64,000 bases of DNA from Octopus vulgaris (lineage: Eukaryota), in contig OX597835.1 of NCBI GenBank assembly GCA_951406725.2, positions 16,864,001 to 16,928,000 of the forward strand, written 5' to 3'. The stretch's first letter is position 1, and every line of letters begins with the position of its first letter. Of the stretch, positions 40,247 to 56,263 are shown in pieces. A program made the translations under genes and the position numbers. The notes beneath the pieces are model-generated. The model had not been told where the DNA came from, did no database searches, and saw only the letters and a program-made list of their open reading frames with translations.

Positions 40247-40632
40247 GTGGAGGCGCAATGGCCCAGTGGTTAGGGGAGCGGACTCGCGGTCATAGGATCA
40301 CGGTTTCGATTCCCAGACCGGGCGTTGTGAGTGTTTATTGAGCGAAAACACCTAAAAAGCTCCACGAGGCTCCGGCAGGGGATGGTGGTGATTCCTGCTG
40401 TACTCTTTCACCACAACTTTCTCTCACTCTTTCTTCCTGTTTCTGTTGTACCTGTATTTCAAGGGCCGGCCTTGTCACTCTCTGTGTCACGCTGAATATC
40501 CCCGAGAACTACGTTAAGGGTGCACGTGTCTGCGGAGTGCTCAGCCACTTACACGTTAATTTTACGAGCAGGCTGTTCCGTTGATTCGGATCAACCGGAA
40601 CCCTCATCGTCGTAACCGACGGAGTGCTTCCC
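40247..40632 (+). mobile_element. SINE family C with tail type i and TSD
   Basis: Tail ...tgtacctgtatttcaa...cgtaaccgacggagtgc; direct repeat tgcaaaacaa at 40234-40243 and 40639-40648. Confidence 0.9.
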
Positions 40633-40822
40633 ATCCACTGCAAAACAAGGCCATTTAGTAAACTAGAGTTGGTGGCAATGGTTATTTGAAGTTATAACTT
40701 GTAGATGATTGTAGGTTATAAGAGGTTCCATACCATCGGTGTGCGGAAAGTTGGTGTTGCAAGTGTAAATACAAAGAAGCCATAAATGAAATGATTTGAA
40801 TAATAGAAATAACAAGACTTAC

Positions 40823-40942
40823 CGTCGCTACAATTTCAAATTGGTAAAATGTATGAGCTTCGTAATCTAACGGTTTCACAAGCGTTATGTCGCCACTAAT
40901 AGGATCAATGCTAAATGTTGAATGGTAATCTGGTCTCCCAGA
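40823..40942 (-). CDS. Cadherin exon, 120 nt: SGRPDYHSTFSIDPISGDITLVKPLDYEAHTFYQFEIVAT
   Basis: tttttctattgacag acceptor, ACG|gtaagt donor; F-x-ID-xx-SG-x-I and LDYE motifs; phase 0-0. Confidence 0.95.
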
Positions 40943-41794
40943 CTGTCAATAGAAAAATACAATGCATTAGAACTCAAAGGAAATGTAACCACTTCAGGAC
41001 TGCAACAGGAAAATAAGAAACATCACAAGGCAAAGTTAGTGTATTAGAACGGTGATTTGGTGCAAGGGTTCAGAGCATTCGATACAATGACGTTATGTTT
41101 CCGGGTGGTTTCGGTCTAGTTTCAAATCTTTACCGAAGTCAACTCAGCATTTTATTCTTTCGTTGTCGATAAACAAAGAACCAGTCAAGTACTCTCTCTG
41201 CCTCCTCCTCCTCCTCTTTCTTCTTTCTCTTCCTCCTCATTCTCTCCCTCTTCCTCACCCCCTCTCTCTTCCTGCTCCTTCTCTCTCTCTTCCTCTTGCT
41301 CTTTCTGTCTGCTCCTCCTCTCTCTAAATTAGCTTCGTTGTGCTGTATGAAGAACCCCTCAACACACATATCTATGTGTATATAAGTGATTAAAAGGAAA
41401 TATGGCCACTTTGTTACACACACAGATTGACAATACAAGCAGCCATTTTCTTTAACGAATATTTCAGTGATTTCATATTTAGATCGAAGCTGTTGAGCAC
41501 TGAAGCATGCGAGTAATCGTGTGGCAGACGACTTTAATTAACATGTTTAAGATGTTTTGCGAACTATATAGATTCCCAAAGAGTTAATGAAGATTTAGAA
41601 AGACGCAATTATCAGATTTGATGATGTTTCTGATCATGTTATGGCGATTGGCCAGCGTCGAATACAAAACCAACATCGCTTACGTTGTGGATAAACGGAA
41701 AGAGAATGTCGGAGAAGAAAATAAGAAGCTCTTATGAACGAATTAATATGTATGAGAGAAGGGATCGGTAATTAACAAGAAAATTGTTTTAATT

Positions 41795-42505
41795 TAGAAA
41801 CAAGGGCTGTAATTTTGAGGAGAGGAAAGAAGCTAGTCAATGCCATCCGCTTTAATAGTAAATGGTGTTTTATTTCGTTGGCCCTGGTGGGAAAAAAAAT
41901 CAAAGTTGGTCTCGAGAGAAATTGAACTCGGAAAATAAAGAGCCGGAATAAATACCATAAAATATTTTGTCCGACACTCTAACGATTCTTTTAGCTCCCT
42001 GCTCTAATCATAAGTTCGAACTTAGGAACAGGACCAACAATTTTGAGGTTAGGGGTTAGTCGATCACATGGAGAATTTTAATTCCGAACGTACAAAGCCG
42101 AAGTAGATACCGCATTGTATTTTAACCGAAGTTCTAACGATTCTTCAAGATCGCCGTTCTAATCATAAGTTCTGACTTAGGTACAAAGCCAGCAATTATG
42201 AGGTTAGGGATTATTCAATTATATCGATCACAGTTCTTGATTGATGGTATTTTTTTTATCAATCCCGGTGGAATTAAAGACAACTTTGATTTTAGCAGGA
42301 TTTCAGTCGGATCAAATATCGTGAAGAATTTCGTCCGATACACTAACGATTATGTTAGTTCTTTGCTCTAATCTTACTTTCTTACTTTGGCATAAGGCCA
42401 GCACTTTTGATGGTTGTGGTTGGTCGATTACATCACTCCCTGTGCTTAAATGGTACTTTATTTTATCGACCCCTAAGAATGACAAGCAAAGTTGACCTTG
42501 CCCCG
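41795..42505 (-). repeat. Tandem array of about 4 degenerate SINE-A-related units (~160-210 bp)
   Basis: Recurring ctaacgatt...ctaatc.ta..ttc...ttagg.aca..cca.ca.tt.tga.ggtt at ~41980-42050, 42135-42205 and 42345-42415. Confidence 0.6.
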
Positions 42506-43954
42506 AGGTGAACTAAGAACATAAAAAAGATAAGAAAGAAATAACGTTAGAGGATTTGTTAGAAGCTCTAACAATTATACCAGGCCGCAGCCCCTCACAA
42601 TGAAGTGCATGAAATAAACAACAACAACAACAACAACAACAAATAAAGCAGTCATTGCCGAGTATCTGTGCAATATAAACTTGGTACCAAGGTTTCAAAA
42701 TAGACCGGGGTTCAACAAATATCAACATCAAATCATAATACAAATAAGTGACTTGTAGCTGAAACTGGTACAGCGATAATGTCTGTATTCCTGTGGTTTG
42801 ATCAGTGAAACGAGCCAACAATAATGATGAACGTCTGCGAAGGATATTGGTTTCCAGAAGTGAACAATACTCTTGCTTTTCAAAAGAAATTATCCAACAC
42901 ACTATTAGAAGTACTTTTCAGTGAAATAAACCTTTGAAAAATTCCTTTCATGTACAAAATAATACCTACAAAGAATTTTTCAGAATTGTGTTCCTACAAT
43001 TATAATTGATTTCAAATTACACTGAAATATTTTCTCTTTTTACAGCAGACAAACTTAATTTTAACATCAGAAAGAACATAAGTTGGCACACATAAAATAT
43101 ATACACACAGCAAACACACACGGACACACACAAACACACACACACAGACAGGGACATACGTCTATATACGCACAAACCCATATATTTCTGCTTACGGATA
43201 TATAAATATAAATACATACACACGTATACATATATCTACATATATAATTATACATAGATATAAAAGCACAGATACATAAATATACACACATTTACATCTA
43301 CATGTGTGTAAATATATATCTATGTATATATATTTATGTGTGCGTATACACATGTTATATTCAAATTGACTTGTTTACAACGACTTATCGTTAGTGTTCT
43401 GGCTACTTCTGTCGGAAGATATTTTTAACCCTTGAAAAACCAACATAAAACATTTTAAAAATCTCTAAGTTGTTCTTGATGTCGTTGTTGTCGTCATCAG
43501 CGTTGATGCTGTCGTTGTTTAATCTCAGCTCATTCCGGATGCAGCGGACCGACCATCAAAAGTGTTTCACTGGTCGCCATCACGTCTTTCATTCAGGCAA
43601 AATGTATCAAGGACTACACGTTACAAAATGTTCATGGCGTTTCGTGTTTTGATCTTAAATCTGCTGGATTTGAGGTTAACCATGAGATGAAGAAGAAGAA
43701 GAAGAAGAAGAACAACAACAACAACAACAACAACTGGGAGACGATAGATAATGTAATTTTAGATACATTGTGTCTGAAAAAAACAGAGGTGATATGCGCA
43801 GATGTGTGGTAAGAAGTTTGCTTTCAAATCGCATGGCTCCGGGTTCAGTCCTACAGACTGGCACCATGGGCAAGTGTCATTTTCTATAGCCTCGAGCAGC
43901 ACAAAGCCTTCCCAGCAGACTTGGCTGATGGAAACTGAAAGGAGCCTGTCGTAT

Positions 43955-44420
<466 letters not shown>

Positions 44421-44763
44421 TTTGAGAAAATTTGGTTTAAATGTTTGACAACTCAGCACCGTCCATTGGACGGGGTTTTTTTTGCTCGTATATATATATA
44501 TATATATATATATATCTTACCGTTTTTACCAATATATATATATATATATATACATATATATACACTTATAAACAAGTACAATGCGAAGTAATGAACAATG
44601 CCAGCAGTGTCATTAAAACCTATAGGTATCTATTTGGACAACTGTGAAATTAAGGCGGTTGGGAGAAAAATGGACAAATAAAAAGTAATAATTGATGTAA
44701 ATCAATTGTTGCTGATCAATATTTCTCCATTTTCTGTTTACTTTATATTCATATACATACATA

Positions 44764-44830
<67 letters not shown>

Positions 44831-45889
44831 TTAATATAAAATACAGTGTACATTTAAACACATTAAGAGGTATCCATCATAGGACTTCCTTACGCTAGAA
44901 GGAACAGCTAAAGTTCAAACCACTAATTAGGGATAAAATCTCGAAGGGAATGAAAAATATAAAAACATTTACCATCTATTTCCTGGACCATGGTTTCAGA
45001 CTTCTTTCAGCAAATAAAATAATTTGCCAGGCGAAGTCTTCGTCAACAGGTGCGCCAAGATTAAACTTATAAGTACGAGACGAATCTAGCATGTGACTCT
45101 TGCTTATACATTCTAATGTTTTCCAATCCACCACTCCTGTATGTGTCTTTTGGAGTTTGATTCCTCTGCTCTCATTGTACATCATGTATGTATGTGTGTG
45201 TATTTGTCTGTGCTTTTTTGCGGATATGTGTCTGTGTATTTCTCACATACTAACTACTGGGGAGAAATTGGTCGAGGTAGGGCTTTCAAAGCGCAAACAC
45301 AGAATGGTCAAAAGAACCAAACTAAAACCAGCCAAAGAATAAAAATAAAAAAAAAAACGAGAGAGGATTCAGCTCTCAACTTTAATAACCATTCCTGATA
45401 TAAAAGACTAACAATTTCAGAAATTCTTCCCAGAGCGCATGCGCACACGCGCACATGATGCGCACGTACTTAATTGGTCAATCCATAGTTGCCCCTCTTG
45501 ACTTTATGAGAATTCATTCGTCCTTCGCTGACCACTATTGCGAATCGGTTTTGTGTCGCAATGACAACGGGGTAAGGACCCTTGGATTAACAGAAATTCA
45601 CGTGGAATGATTGTGGTCCAGCCAATTAAATTAAATTAACTGTACTTCTGGCAAAGCACCGCATTTTATCCCTTTCATTAACGTACATATCAATACATAC
45701 ATACACACACACACGCACACACAAACACACACACACATATATATACATACATATATATATCTATGCATATATATATGTGTATGTATATATGTGTGCGTGT
45801 GTATTTATATATACATATGTGCGTTATGTGTGTGTATGTATATATATTCATACACACACACGTGTATCAATCTCTGTTTGTCTGTCTGC

Positions 45890-45924
<35 letters not shown>

Positions 45925-46183
45925 CATATATATACATATATATTCATATATAGATGCATACATATATGTAGATATGTATAAATAGTGTTACACACACACA
46001 CACATATATATATATATGTATGTATATACATATACATATATACATATATATGTGTGTGTCTATATATTTCAATAAATATGTGTGTATATATATACATACC
46101 CACATACATAATGTGTACGCGCTCGGATATAGCTCTTTCTGTGTGGTGTATGTGTGTGTAGTTGTATGTATAATTGCATGTAT

Positions 46184-46224
<41 letters not shown>

Positions 46225-46398
46225 TGTTCATATATCTGTTTGAATGCATGTGTACGTGTATGTGTTTATGTATGTGTATGTTTGTACGTGTCTGTGATTA
46301 TTAAATAAGAACAGATTAATTAGATTATCTCGAGCCAATTATAGAATTTCCCATCTCATCTTTACCGATCTGCAATGCAAGCGTTCCCACTCTGCTGC

Positions 46399-46550
<152 letters not shown>

Positions 46551-46614
46551 TATTATTATTATTATTATTTATTATTAATATTATTATTATTATTATTATT
46601 ATTATTTATTATTA

Positions 46615-46656
<42 letters not shown>

Positions 46657-46949
46657 GCCTTTGCACAGCTTCTAAAGATGGACATGTACTGCGGAGTTAG
46701 CTGTTCACTGCCAGTGAGCTAAGGTAACACTTCTTATTTTTCGAGTACCTTCCGGAGTATTCGAGCGGTTCCAAGCAGTGCTGTTTTCTGGGATAAAATA
46801 TACGAAACCCAGTATACTCATCATGACTACTAAGGGTACGCCAAGCACATGCATCACAACCATATGTGCGCGACATAGTGATCTCATATCAAGATAAACA
46901 GCGCATGACCTTGCAGGTGGGGGGCAGTTAGAATTTTCTTCTGGTCGAG

Positions 46950-46950
<1 letters not shown>
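46657..46950 (-). mobile_element. Short non-autonomous element with a Dong-like 3' tail, inserted in (TTA)n
   Basis: Minus 46790-46734 encodes QKTALLGTARILRKVLEK*; 46790-46950 is homologous to 47994-48160. Confidence 0.7.
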
Positions 46951-47011
<61 letters not shown>

Positions 47012-47014
<3 letters not shown>

Positions 47015-47906
47015 TTCATTCATTCATTCTTTCTTCAAATTTTCTTTTATTTCTCGCCGAGTGTTTTCCGTACACCTAGGGCAGAGAGGCTCATTGTATG
47101 CATTCCAAGATTACACACGCAAATTCACAGGTAAAATATGTATTTAAAAAAATTAATAAATAAATAAATTCATAAATGGATGTTGTTTTCACAGCGACAA
47201 TGCTCTTCTCAGTACATGAGCCGTTCCTGTTAACACGATTTTTTGCACTTCCTGTAGGGATGGTAAGCCTGGTGTCATTTTCAAATAGGCTTCAGTACCT
47301 TTTTTTTTATCATTCCCGGAGATCCTACAATCACTGGTACTGTACTCGCCTTGAGATGCCACATTCTTTCAATTTCTATTGGCAGGTCTTTATATTTACT
47401 GATCTTGTCAAATTCTTTCGCCGCTATATTGAGATCGCAAGGAATACTCATGTCAATTAATAAACACACCTTCTTTGTCTGATCTTTTATAATAATATCC
47501 GGTTTATTAGCTTTTATAGTTTTGTCGGGGAAGTCCGGAGAATCGACACATTTTCTCCCTCAGTCACCGCTTCAGGATGGTGTTTATACCATTTGTCAGC
47601 GGGTTTGATTTTATAATGCCGACATATTGTCCAGTGTAAATACTGGCCGACTCTGTCACGTCTTGCTTTATATTCTACAGGTGCTAAGACTCTACACCCT
47701 GAGATTATAGTTTCAATCTCATTGTTACAGAATCGACATTTTGGGTCAGCTCCATTTTTTATCACATTGGCTTGGTAGCTCCGGGTTGATAAGCTTTGGT
47801 CTTGAGCAGCTAAAATGAAACCTTCACTCTCTGCTTTTAGCCCTGAGCTTCGTAACAAGTGATGCGTGTGTTTCTAGTCGACATCAGCTTGTTTGCTACG
47901 GGCCAT
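47012..47906 (-). mobile_element. 5'-truncated, degenerate R4/Dong-like non-LTR retrotransposon (zinc knuckle plus restriction-like endonuclease)
   Basis: LKAESEGFILAAQDQSLSTRSY...CRFC...ISGC...KPDII...LIDMSIP...KEFDKISKYKDL...VPVIVG; flanked by (TTA)n and a (TTCA)n tail. Confidence 0.88.
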
Positions 47907-47907
47907 A

Positions 47908-47956
<49 letters not shown>

Positions 47957-48512
47957 GAGTGAGAGAACAGTGCATGCCATCAAAGTGACACTGGGGTAAA
48001 ATATACGAAGCCCAGTATACCCATCATGATTACCCGTCCGATAAGGGTACACCAGGCACATGCATCACAACCATATGTGCGCGACATGGTGATCTCATAT
48101 CAAGATAACAGCACATGACCTTGCAGGTGGGGCCCAGTTAGAATTTTCTTCAGGTCGAGTAGCCCATCCTGCTCAAAAGGTCCTTGAATAAGGGTTGTTT
48201 AAGGATGTTGAACGAAACACCCATGTTTCCAGAGGTGAAATATCCAAACCCCAAAGAATTCCTCTCAACACATGGCTATGATGCTCCCCCACTACTTCTG
48301 CTCGTGATCAGAGATGCACATATCGTCAGCCACAAAGAGACATGCTCAACTGGTTAAGGTCAAACAACTGACAAGCAAATCTGTGGTATTGAGCAGAATA
48401 TTTGCTGTAGCCCATCTTTTATACCAAGACAAAACAATGTACATGATTACACTTCCAATCAGTTAAGATGAGAAGCCATGAGAGCCACTGCCTGGTATTG
48501 CATCAGGGCATT
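47957..48512. mobile_element. Non-coding interspersed element inserted in (TTA)n
   Basis: ~555-bp segment bracketed by TTA repeats; ~160 bp shared with the 46657-46950 element. Confidence 0.65.
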
Positions 48513-48527
48513 TATTATTTATTATTA

Positions 48528-48582
<55 letters not shown>

Positions 48583-50145
48583 GTCTACTACTTCATCCTT
48601 TCGCTATCAATAAAACAAGTACGAGTTGAGTACTGGTGTAGCCCTCTCCGTCCTTCTGCTGTCAACCCCCACGATATTCAGCTGGGCTGAGGGTGGGGGG
48701 GACCGAAGTGTACCTGCTAACGACTACACAGACACTTAAAAGAATTAGTGAAATTCTATTACAGGTTTTACTGGGCGTCGACTAAGTTTCCAGTTTTACA
48801 CATACACACACGCAACACACGCAATCCCTCCACACATCCACGCACACACGCTCACACACGCTCACACACGCTCACACGCACGTAAACACTTGCATGCACA
48901 CACACACACGCACGTATGTACACATATAACACGCACACATGCGTGTGCCCTTTTATTTTGAACATGGGCATGGCTTTTCCTTATCGATCAGGATTAGATC
49001 TGTGTGGATTAGAGTACGTAGTTTCAAACTTGATTTGAACCAGTCAGTGAATTGGCCTTGAACAAGCGCACCAACATTTTGAACAAGGATCAGAGCTCTG
49101 TGGATGTATACGTTAGAGGACGTACCCCAGGCTTGCTTTGAAACAACTAGAGAATTGCAAGAATTGAACCAGCGTTCAAGTAGATGATAGTATTTAGAAA
49201 TTTATATTTTCAAGATCGTATTCACCGTATGTCTATACTTATATTTCCAGGAATAAGACACCTCATTGTGATCGGAAATACTTCTGATCGATATATAATA
49301 GTATAGATATCAATAAATATTGTGAATTTGGCAGTGTAAAGATGTGGTTAATAACTTCGTAAATTATTAATCATAATAACTCATCCTAGACATTTTGTCA
49401 TTTAATATATTTCTTCAAAATAAAACAACAAAAGCTCAACAACAATGAAGCAAACAAACAAAATGTTGTTGAGAGCTGCCACGGCAGAGTTAGTTGTTGC
49501 ATAGATTTCATTGAAAAAAAATATTCTTCTAATTTTTGTTTTCGTTCAAGAAAATTAAATACATTTCCCTTTCGTGTAATAAATCTTCACAATACAAACT
49601 CCATTTATGTAGTAATTAGAAAAAAAGAGAAAAGAAAAAAAATGAATAGAAAAGAAAGAAAGAAAGAAAGAAGAGAAAACAAAAGAAAAAAAGAGCATTG
49701 TGTCGAAAAAAAAATGGCGAAGTGAAGATTCTGTCTTCCATTTTTGTAAAGGACTAAACTGTTATAAGACTAGCGAATAACTTGTCTCGGTTTTGTTACC
49801 ATGTTTTTAATAGGTACAGAATGATTTATACGGAAGGAGAGTAGTTAATGAGCTTCAGACCAATAAATTCACCATTTCATTCCAAGTTGATAATCGCTGT
49901 TGTACATAAATAATAGTCTTCCATTTGTATACTCCTTTTGTCTTCTATCTTCCGCCATAATCTTTTTATTTTCTGCCGTCTGTCTTCGACACACTCTCTC
50001 TTCTCTTTCTTTTCTCTTGTTTTTCCCCTTCATTCTTTTATTCTTTTTCTCGTTTTTTTTTTCTTTTCTCTCTGGCTTTTATCTTCTCTTGTATAGCTTG
50101 TCTGTGGGCCTACTTCTGCAATCCTTCTTTTCTTCTTTCTTTCCT

Positions 50146-50202
<57 letters not shown>

Positions 50203-51065
50203 GTTTCATTCATTCATTCTTGTTGCGGTTTTTGTTTTGGTTGTTATTGTTGTTGTTCTTCTTCTGCTTTATCTTCTTCTTCTTCTTCTGCTTCTTCTTC
50301 TTCTTCTTCTTCTTCTTCTTCTTCTTCTTCTTCTTCTTCTTCTTCTTCTTCTGCTTTATCTTCTACTTCTTCTGCTTTATCTTCTTCTTCTTCTGCTTTA
50401 TCTTCTTCTTCTGCTTTATCTTCTTCTTCTTCATCACCATCACCATCATCACCATCACCATCATCATCATCATCATCTTCTTCTTCTTCTTCTTCTTCTT
50501 CTTCTTCTTCTTCTTCTTCTTCTTCTTCTTCTTCTTCCTCTTCTCATTCTTTTCCGCCTTCGTTTTTTCATTCCATTCTTATTCTTTGCTCGCATTTGGC
50601 CTCTTGTCTCGCTCTTTCCCGGCTAAACAAGTGTGTTTACAAGCAACCCCCCCCACCAGACACACACATTACATAGATTATATATCTGCCCTTATATCAT
50701 TTGTGCACCTGATAAGACATAACTCTGTGCTCCCAATCACTACACTTTTATACAAATTAGAGAAGAGAGATTCATTTCTATACGGGTTTGTGATTACTAT
50801 AAATAGCGGCAAATAATCATTTTCCCAGTGGTAAGGAAAATGAGTAACCGATCCCTGATGATCACACATAGGTATATTAAATACCGCTGTTGAACATAGG
50901 TGTTGATGAAAAGCACAATCTCGAGACTATAACCCACCTTCCACACATCTCTCGACATGTACGTACACACGCACTCATGCACATATATGTACACATGCAT
51001 ACATATATAGACACATGTACACATACACACACACATATACATAGCCACATGTGTATGTATCTATA

Positions 51066-51130
<65 letters not shown>

Positions 51131-51596
51131 ATATTATATATATACGTCTATATATGCATGTATTCATGTATGTGTTTGTGTGTGCATGTGCGTGTGTATG
51201 TAAATAATGAGTTGATTTCTTCAACATTCTTTTAGATGCCAACCAAGAGCAAGATCTGGAGGAACATCCGTTCACATTTCTATGCATGTGTGAATGTATA
51301 TTTGTGACCGTGTATAGCAATGTGTATGTAAATATAACACACACACGCATACACATACACAAACACAAACACACAATGCACAAATACAATAAACATATAT
51401 AATATCTATACATATTAAATACATGACATACATGTATATATATTATATATTGCATATAGATAATCGGCATATGCATACATATACACACATGTATATATGC
51501 ATATATATTATACATGTATATGCATATATATATATATATACATGTATATGGGTATATATGCATATATGTATGTATTTATGCATTTTTTAAGTATAC

Positions 51597-51652
<56 letters not shown>

Positions 51653-51757
51653 TCACGGAAGCATGCCATGGAATAATTTTTAAAGATACCTCCAAGAACA
51701 TCGACTAACAAAGGGTGTCCAGCGATGTATGTATGTGGGTATATGAATATACACAAA

Positions 51758-51834
<77 letters not shown>

Positions 51835-52375
51835 GTATATTTCTAAACACACACACATATATATTATTATATATATATATATATATATATAATATATGTA
51901 TATACATATACATATATGGGTGTTTGTGCTTGCGTACAACTATACGTATATGTTTGTCTATCGTTTTTTGAATGTGTGTATGTGTGAGTGCTTAGTGTTT
52001 TTTCTTCCATAAACAGCTCTAGTATGCGAAAGTGGTTATGGCAATTCTTTATTGATTCTCACAGAGAAATCAAAGAGTTTCTGAAGAAATCTTCAAGAAA
52101 CAGATTTGCTTCTGTAAATATATTCTGACAAAAAGAAAAAAAAAAAGAAAAAAATACAATAAAAAAAAAAAGCCAACTCGAAAAACAACAAAACATAAAT
52201 AAACAATATAATAAAAAAAATATAAAAATGAATCAAAATGTGAAAAGAAGACAGAAAGTAAGGAAATAGTAGATATAATATTGAGAATAGGTATGGGTCT
52301 GATAAGAAAGAGACATCAACAGGAACAACAGCAATAACAATTCTGTTCGCTTGATAAAAGAACATGGAACGGTAT

Positions 52376-52421
<46 letters not shown>

Positions 52422-52455
52422 GTATATATATATATACATATATATATATACAGAT

Positions 52456-52508
<53 letters not shown>

Positions 52509-52709
52509 TATATATATGTATATAAATATAAATATATATATATACATATATATGTATATATATACATACATACATATATATATATATATACACACACACA
52601 TATATATGTATATACATACACACTTATATATATATATATTATATATATACACATAACATACATATATGTATACAGACATATATATATGTATGTATAGATA
52701 CTTGTATAC

Positions 52710-52762
<53 letters not shown>

Positions 52763-52891
52763 AAACACATATATGCAGAGTATACGTATATATTTTTGCA
52801 GATGTCTATAAATATACCTATATATACACAAACACATACAGATCAATGTATGTATGCATATGTATGTATATACATATACGTATATATATAC

Positions 52892-53015
<124 letters not shown>

Positions 53016-53667
53016 ATATCTTGAGATATATATGTAAGAATAAGAAGAGTTAGCAATAAGAATTAAAAAAAAACACAACAAATACACCAAAAAAGTTTTC
53101 CAGAGACAAAAATAGATGCAGACAATTGTTGCGAGGGAAAGAAGAGATCTACAGGGGAGTTTGTTATTGCGCTGAGGACCAAAGATTGAAAACAAACCAA
53201 CGTAAAAAAGGAGAGCAAAAACAAAAAAAAAAAATACTAACCATTATAGAATGGTCTGAAGAACAAAAAGAAACGATAAGAAAGAAGAAGAAGAAGAAGA
53301 AGAAGGAGAGAGAATGAAAGAGAGAAGGAGTGAGATAGTGAGAGTGAGAACGAGAGGGAAGACAATAATACTGTAGATTGTAGATGAGCGAATGATAAGT
53401 CCTAGGTAGAAAAAAAAAATGGTGGCATATTGTGAAAGAATGTAAATCGGAAAATATATATTAAAAGAAGTGAATAAACACCGTGATGGAGCTAGATATC
53501 ATGGAGGATTTTAAATATACATAGATATATATATATATTACATACATCCATATACATATATGCATGTATATATATACATAAACATACCTATATGGATTTA
53601 CATATAGCTTTATAGATATGTATATATGTGTATATATATATTTATACGTAGATATACTTGTACATAT

Positions 53668-53717
<50 letters not shown>

Positions 53718-54017
53718 GCCTATTCATACATTTATATATACATGTAGCTGTACACGTATATATATAAATAGATATACGTGTAGCTATACATACATACATA
53801 CATACATATATATATATATATATGTATGTATTTATGTATATTTATCTATTTATATGTACGTATATATATATATAAACATTTAGATACATGTATATTCATA
53901 CACACTCACACACACACACATATATATAGAAACACACACGCAAACACGCACATAGTGTGTACTTAATTCTAAGAAAGTGACATGGGGCTTATACTCACAA
54001 GTGTTATGAATATATAC

Positions 54018-54107
<90 letters not shown>

Positions 54108-54706
54108 GTATATATAAATCAGATGTAGGAAGTAGAAGTGATTCGTTTATATTTCGTATTATGTCAAAATATTGATACGACTAATCTCCTTTTAAGTTGC
54201 ATACTTTTATATATCAACACCTTAATCTACCAGATTAATATTACAGTATAGTTATATTAGCGCTAACGTTCAGATTATGAGTTACGTTTTTGCACTTAGG
54301 CATACAACTGATTTTTTCAAACGAACATAAATGTATAATACATACATACATACATACATACATACACACATGCATACATACATACATACATGCATGTATG
54401 CATACATATATATATATATATATATATAGGTAATTCCTCACTGTTGATAAATAAAACTAAATGGTAGTATACGTAGAAGACTACTTTGTTGAACTCGTCT
54501 AAAGTTCAATAATAAAGACATGAACTCCGGTAGAAACCGGTACGGTTTATAATGCACAATTAATCAATGTATACTAATAAGTATTTAAATATTTAATTAG
54601 TGGTCAGTCCTCTAAATTTTGTATGTAAAAAATTTTTAACCTTCGGATTTTTTAAAAATATGCTAGGCGACTGGTTTTAATTGATTAATATCAATTTCTA
54701 ACCTTA

Positions 54707-54763
<57 letters not shown>

Positions 54764-54822
54764 AAAATACAAATACAAATTTGTTTTCAATTGATTAATA
54801 TCAATTTCTACCCTTATTTAAT

Positions 54823-54884
<62 letters not shown>

Positions 54885-55018
54885 CAGATATAAATTGGAA
54901 CAAGAACACAAAACACCCAGATAGACGATACAATTCGTAGTTTTCTTTCCTCAGTCGAGTTCCAGATTACCTTTGCAATTTCGGCTGGTTATACTCGAGA
55001 TTTCGCCAATCTGGTATG

Positions 55019-55108
<90 letters not shown>

Positions 55109-55514
55109 GTATTTATGTATATATATATGAATATACGTAAAATAGTAGTTCAAAAGAATGGCACAGAAAGCAATACACACTGGACAGACGTGACAAAGTG
55201 ATAAATAAGATGGTATTTGGTGCAAGAAAAAAAAAAGTTGCGTGTTGGATTGCGTGGGTGACACAGAAAAGCAAGGGACATGTGTTAAAGAAAAGCAACA
55301 ATGTAGTATAGCGTCATGTTCTTGTATATGTGTCAATGTGACGTTTAGCGTTCCAAAATGTGTTAATTAGTGTGACAGCAGTTTATGAACACGAACCTTA
55401 ATTACATAAAAGTTTGGATAGATAAAAAAAAAAAAAATATATTATAAAGGTCTTTCGGTCGAATGATATATTAATGCGAGTTAATTCCTCATATTAGAGA
55501 TTACATGTAATATA

Positions 55515-55748
55515 TATTTCTTTACTACCCACAAGGGGCTAAACATAGAGGGGACAAACAAGGACAGACAAAGGGATTAAGTCGATTACATCGACCCCAG
55601 TGCGTAACTGGTACTTAATTTATCGACCCCGAAAGGATGAAAGGCAAAGTCGACCTCGGCGGAATTTGAACCCAGAACACTTAACGGCAGACGAAATACG
55701 GCTACGCATTTCGCCCGACGTGCTAACGTTTCTGCCAGCTCGCCGCCT
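55515..55748 (-). mobile_element. SINE family A, inverted copy with TSD
   Basis: Reverse complement of family A; direct repeat attacatgtaatata at 55500-55514 and 55755-55769. Older diverged relatives at ~3620-3780(-), 30200-30400(-), 32070-32230(-), 55845-56070(-) and 56830-56995(+). Confidence 0.9.
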
Positions 55749-56263
55749 AAAATTATTACATGTAATATAGAGGGCACTATGTTATCCGGTTTCTCAGGAA
55801 TATCTAGAGTGTCAGCAGTGTAAAGCAAGAAAACCAGACATAAGGGTTTCAAATTTTGGCCAGCAATATCAATGGAGGTGTATAGTCGATTACATCAACT
55901 CCAGTGATCGACTGGTATTTATTTCATCGAACCCGGAAGGTAAATTCGGAAGGTAAATGAAAGGTAAATTTGACCTCGGCGGAATTTGAACTCGGAACGT
56001 AAAGACGGACGAGATGCTGCTAAGCATCTTGTCCGGAGTGATAACGATTCCGTCAGCTCACCACCTTAAAAATACCATCCACATTGATTTCAAATTTTAG
56101 CCCAAGGCCAATTATTTTCAAGGGAGGTGTGAAGTCGATTACATCGACTCCCATGCAGCAGAGTAGCAAGCTTCTTACCACACAGGCACGCCTGCGCCTA
56201 CATAAGATTTTGTTGTTAAAATGTATGAGCAGTAATTTATTAATACTTCTACAAAACAGAATA

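Noticed and set aside
40247-40325. tRNA gene candidates at the SINE heads (also 12862, 20364, 3342)
   Set aside because: A and B boxes are present, but there is no complete cloverleaf or acceptor stem, and each continues into a multi-copy SINE body.
54676-54895. Duplicated ttgattaatatcaatttcta block as a regulatory repeat
   Set aside because: Simple two-copy tandem duplication around TA tracts, consistent with slippage; no further support.
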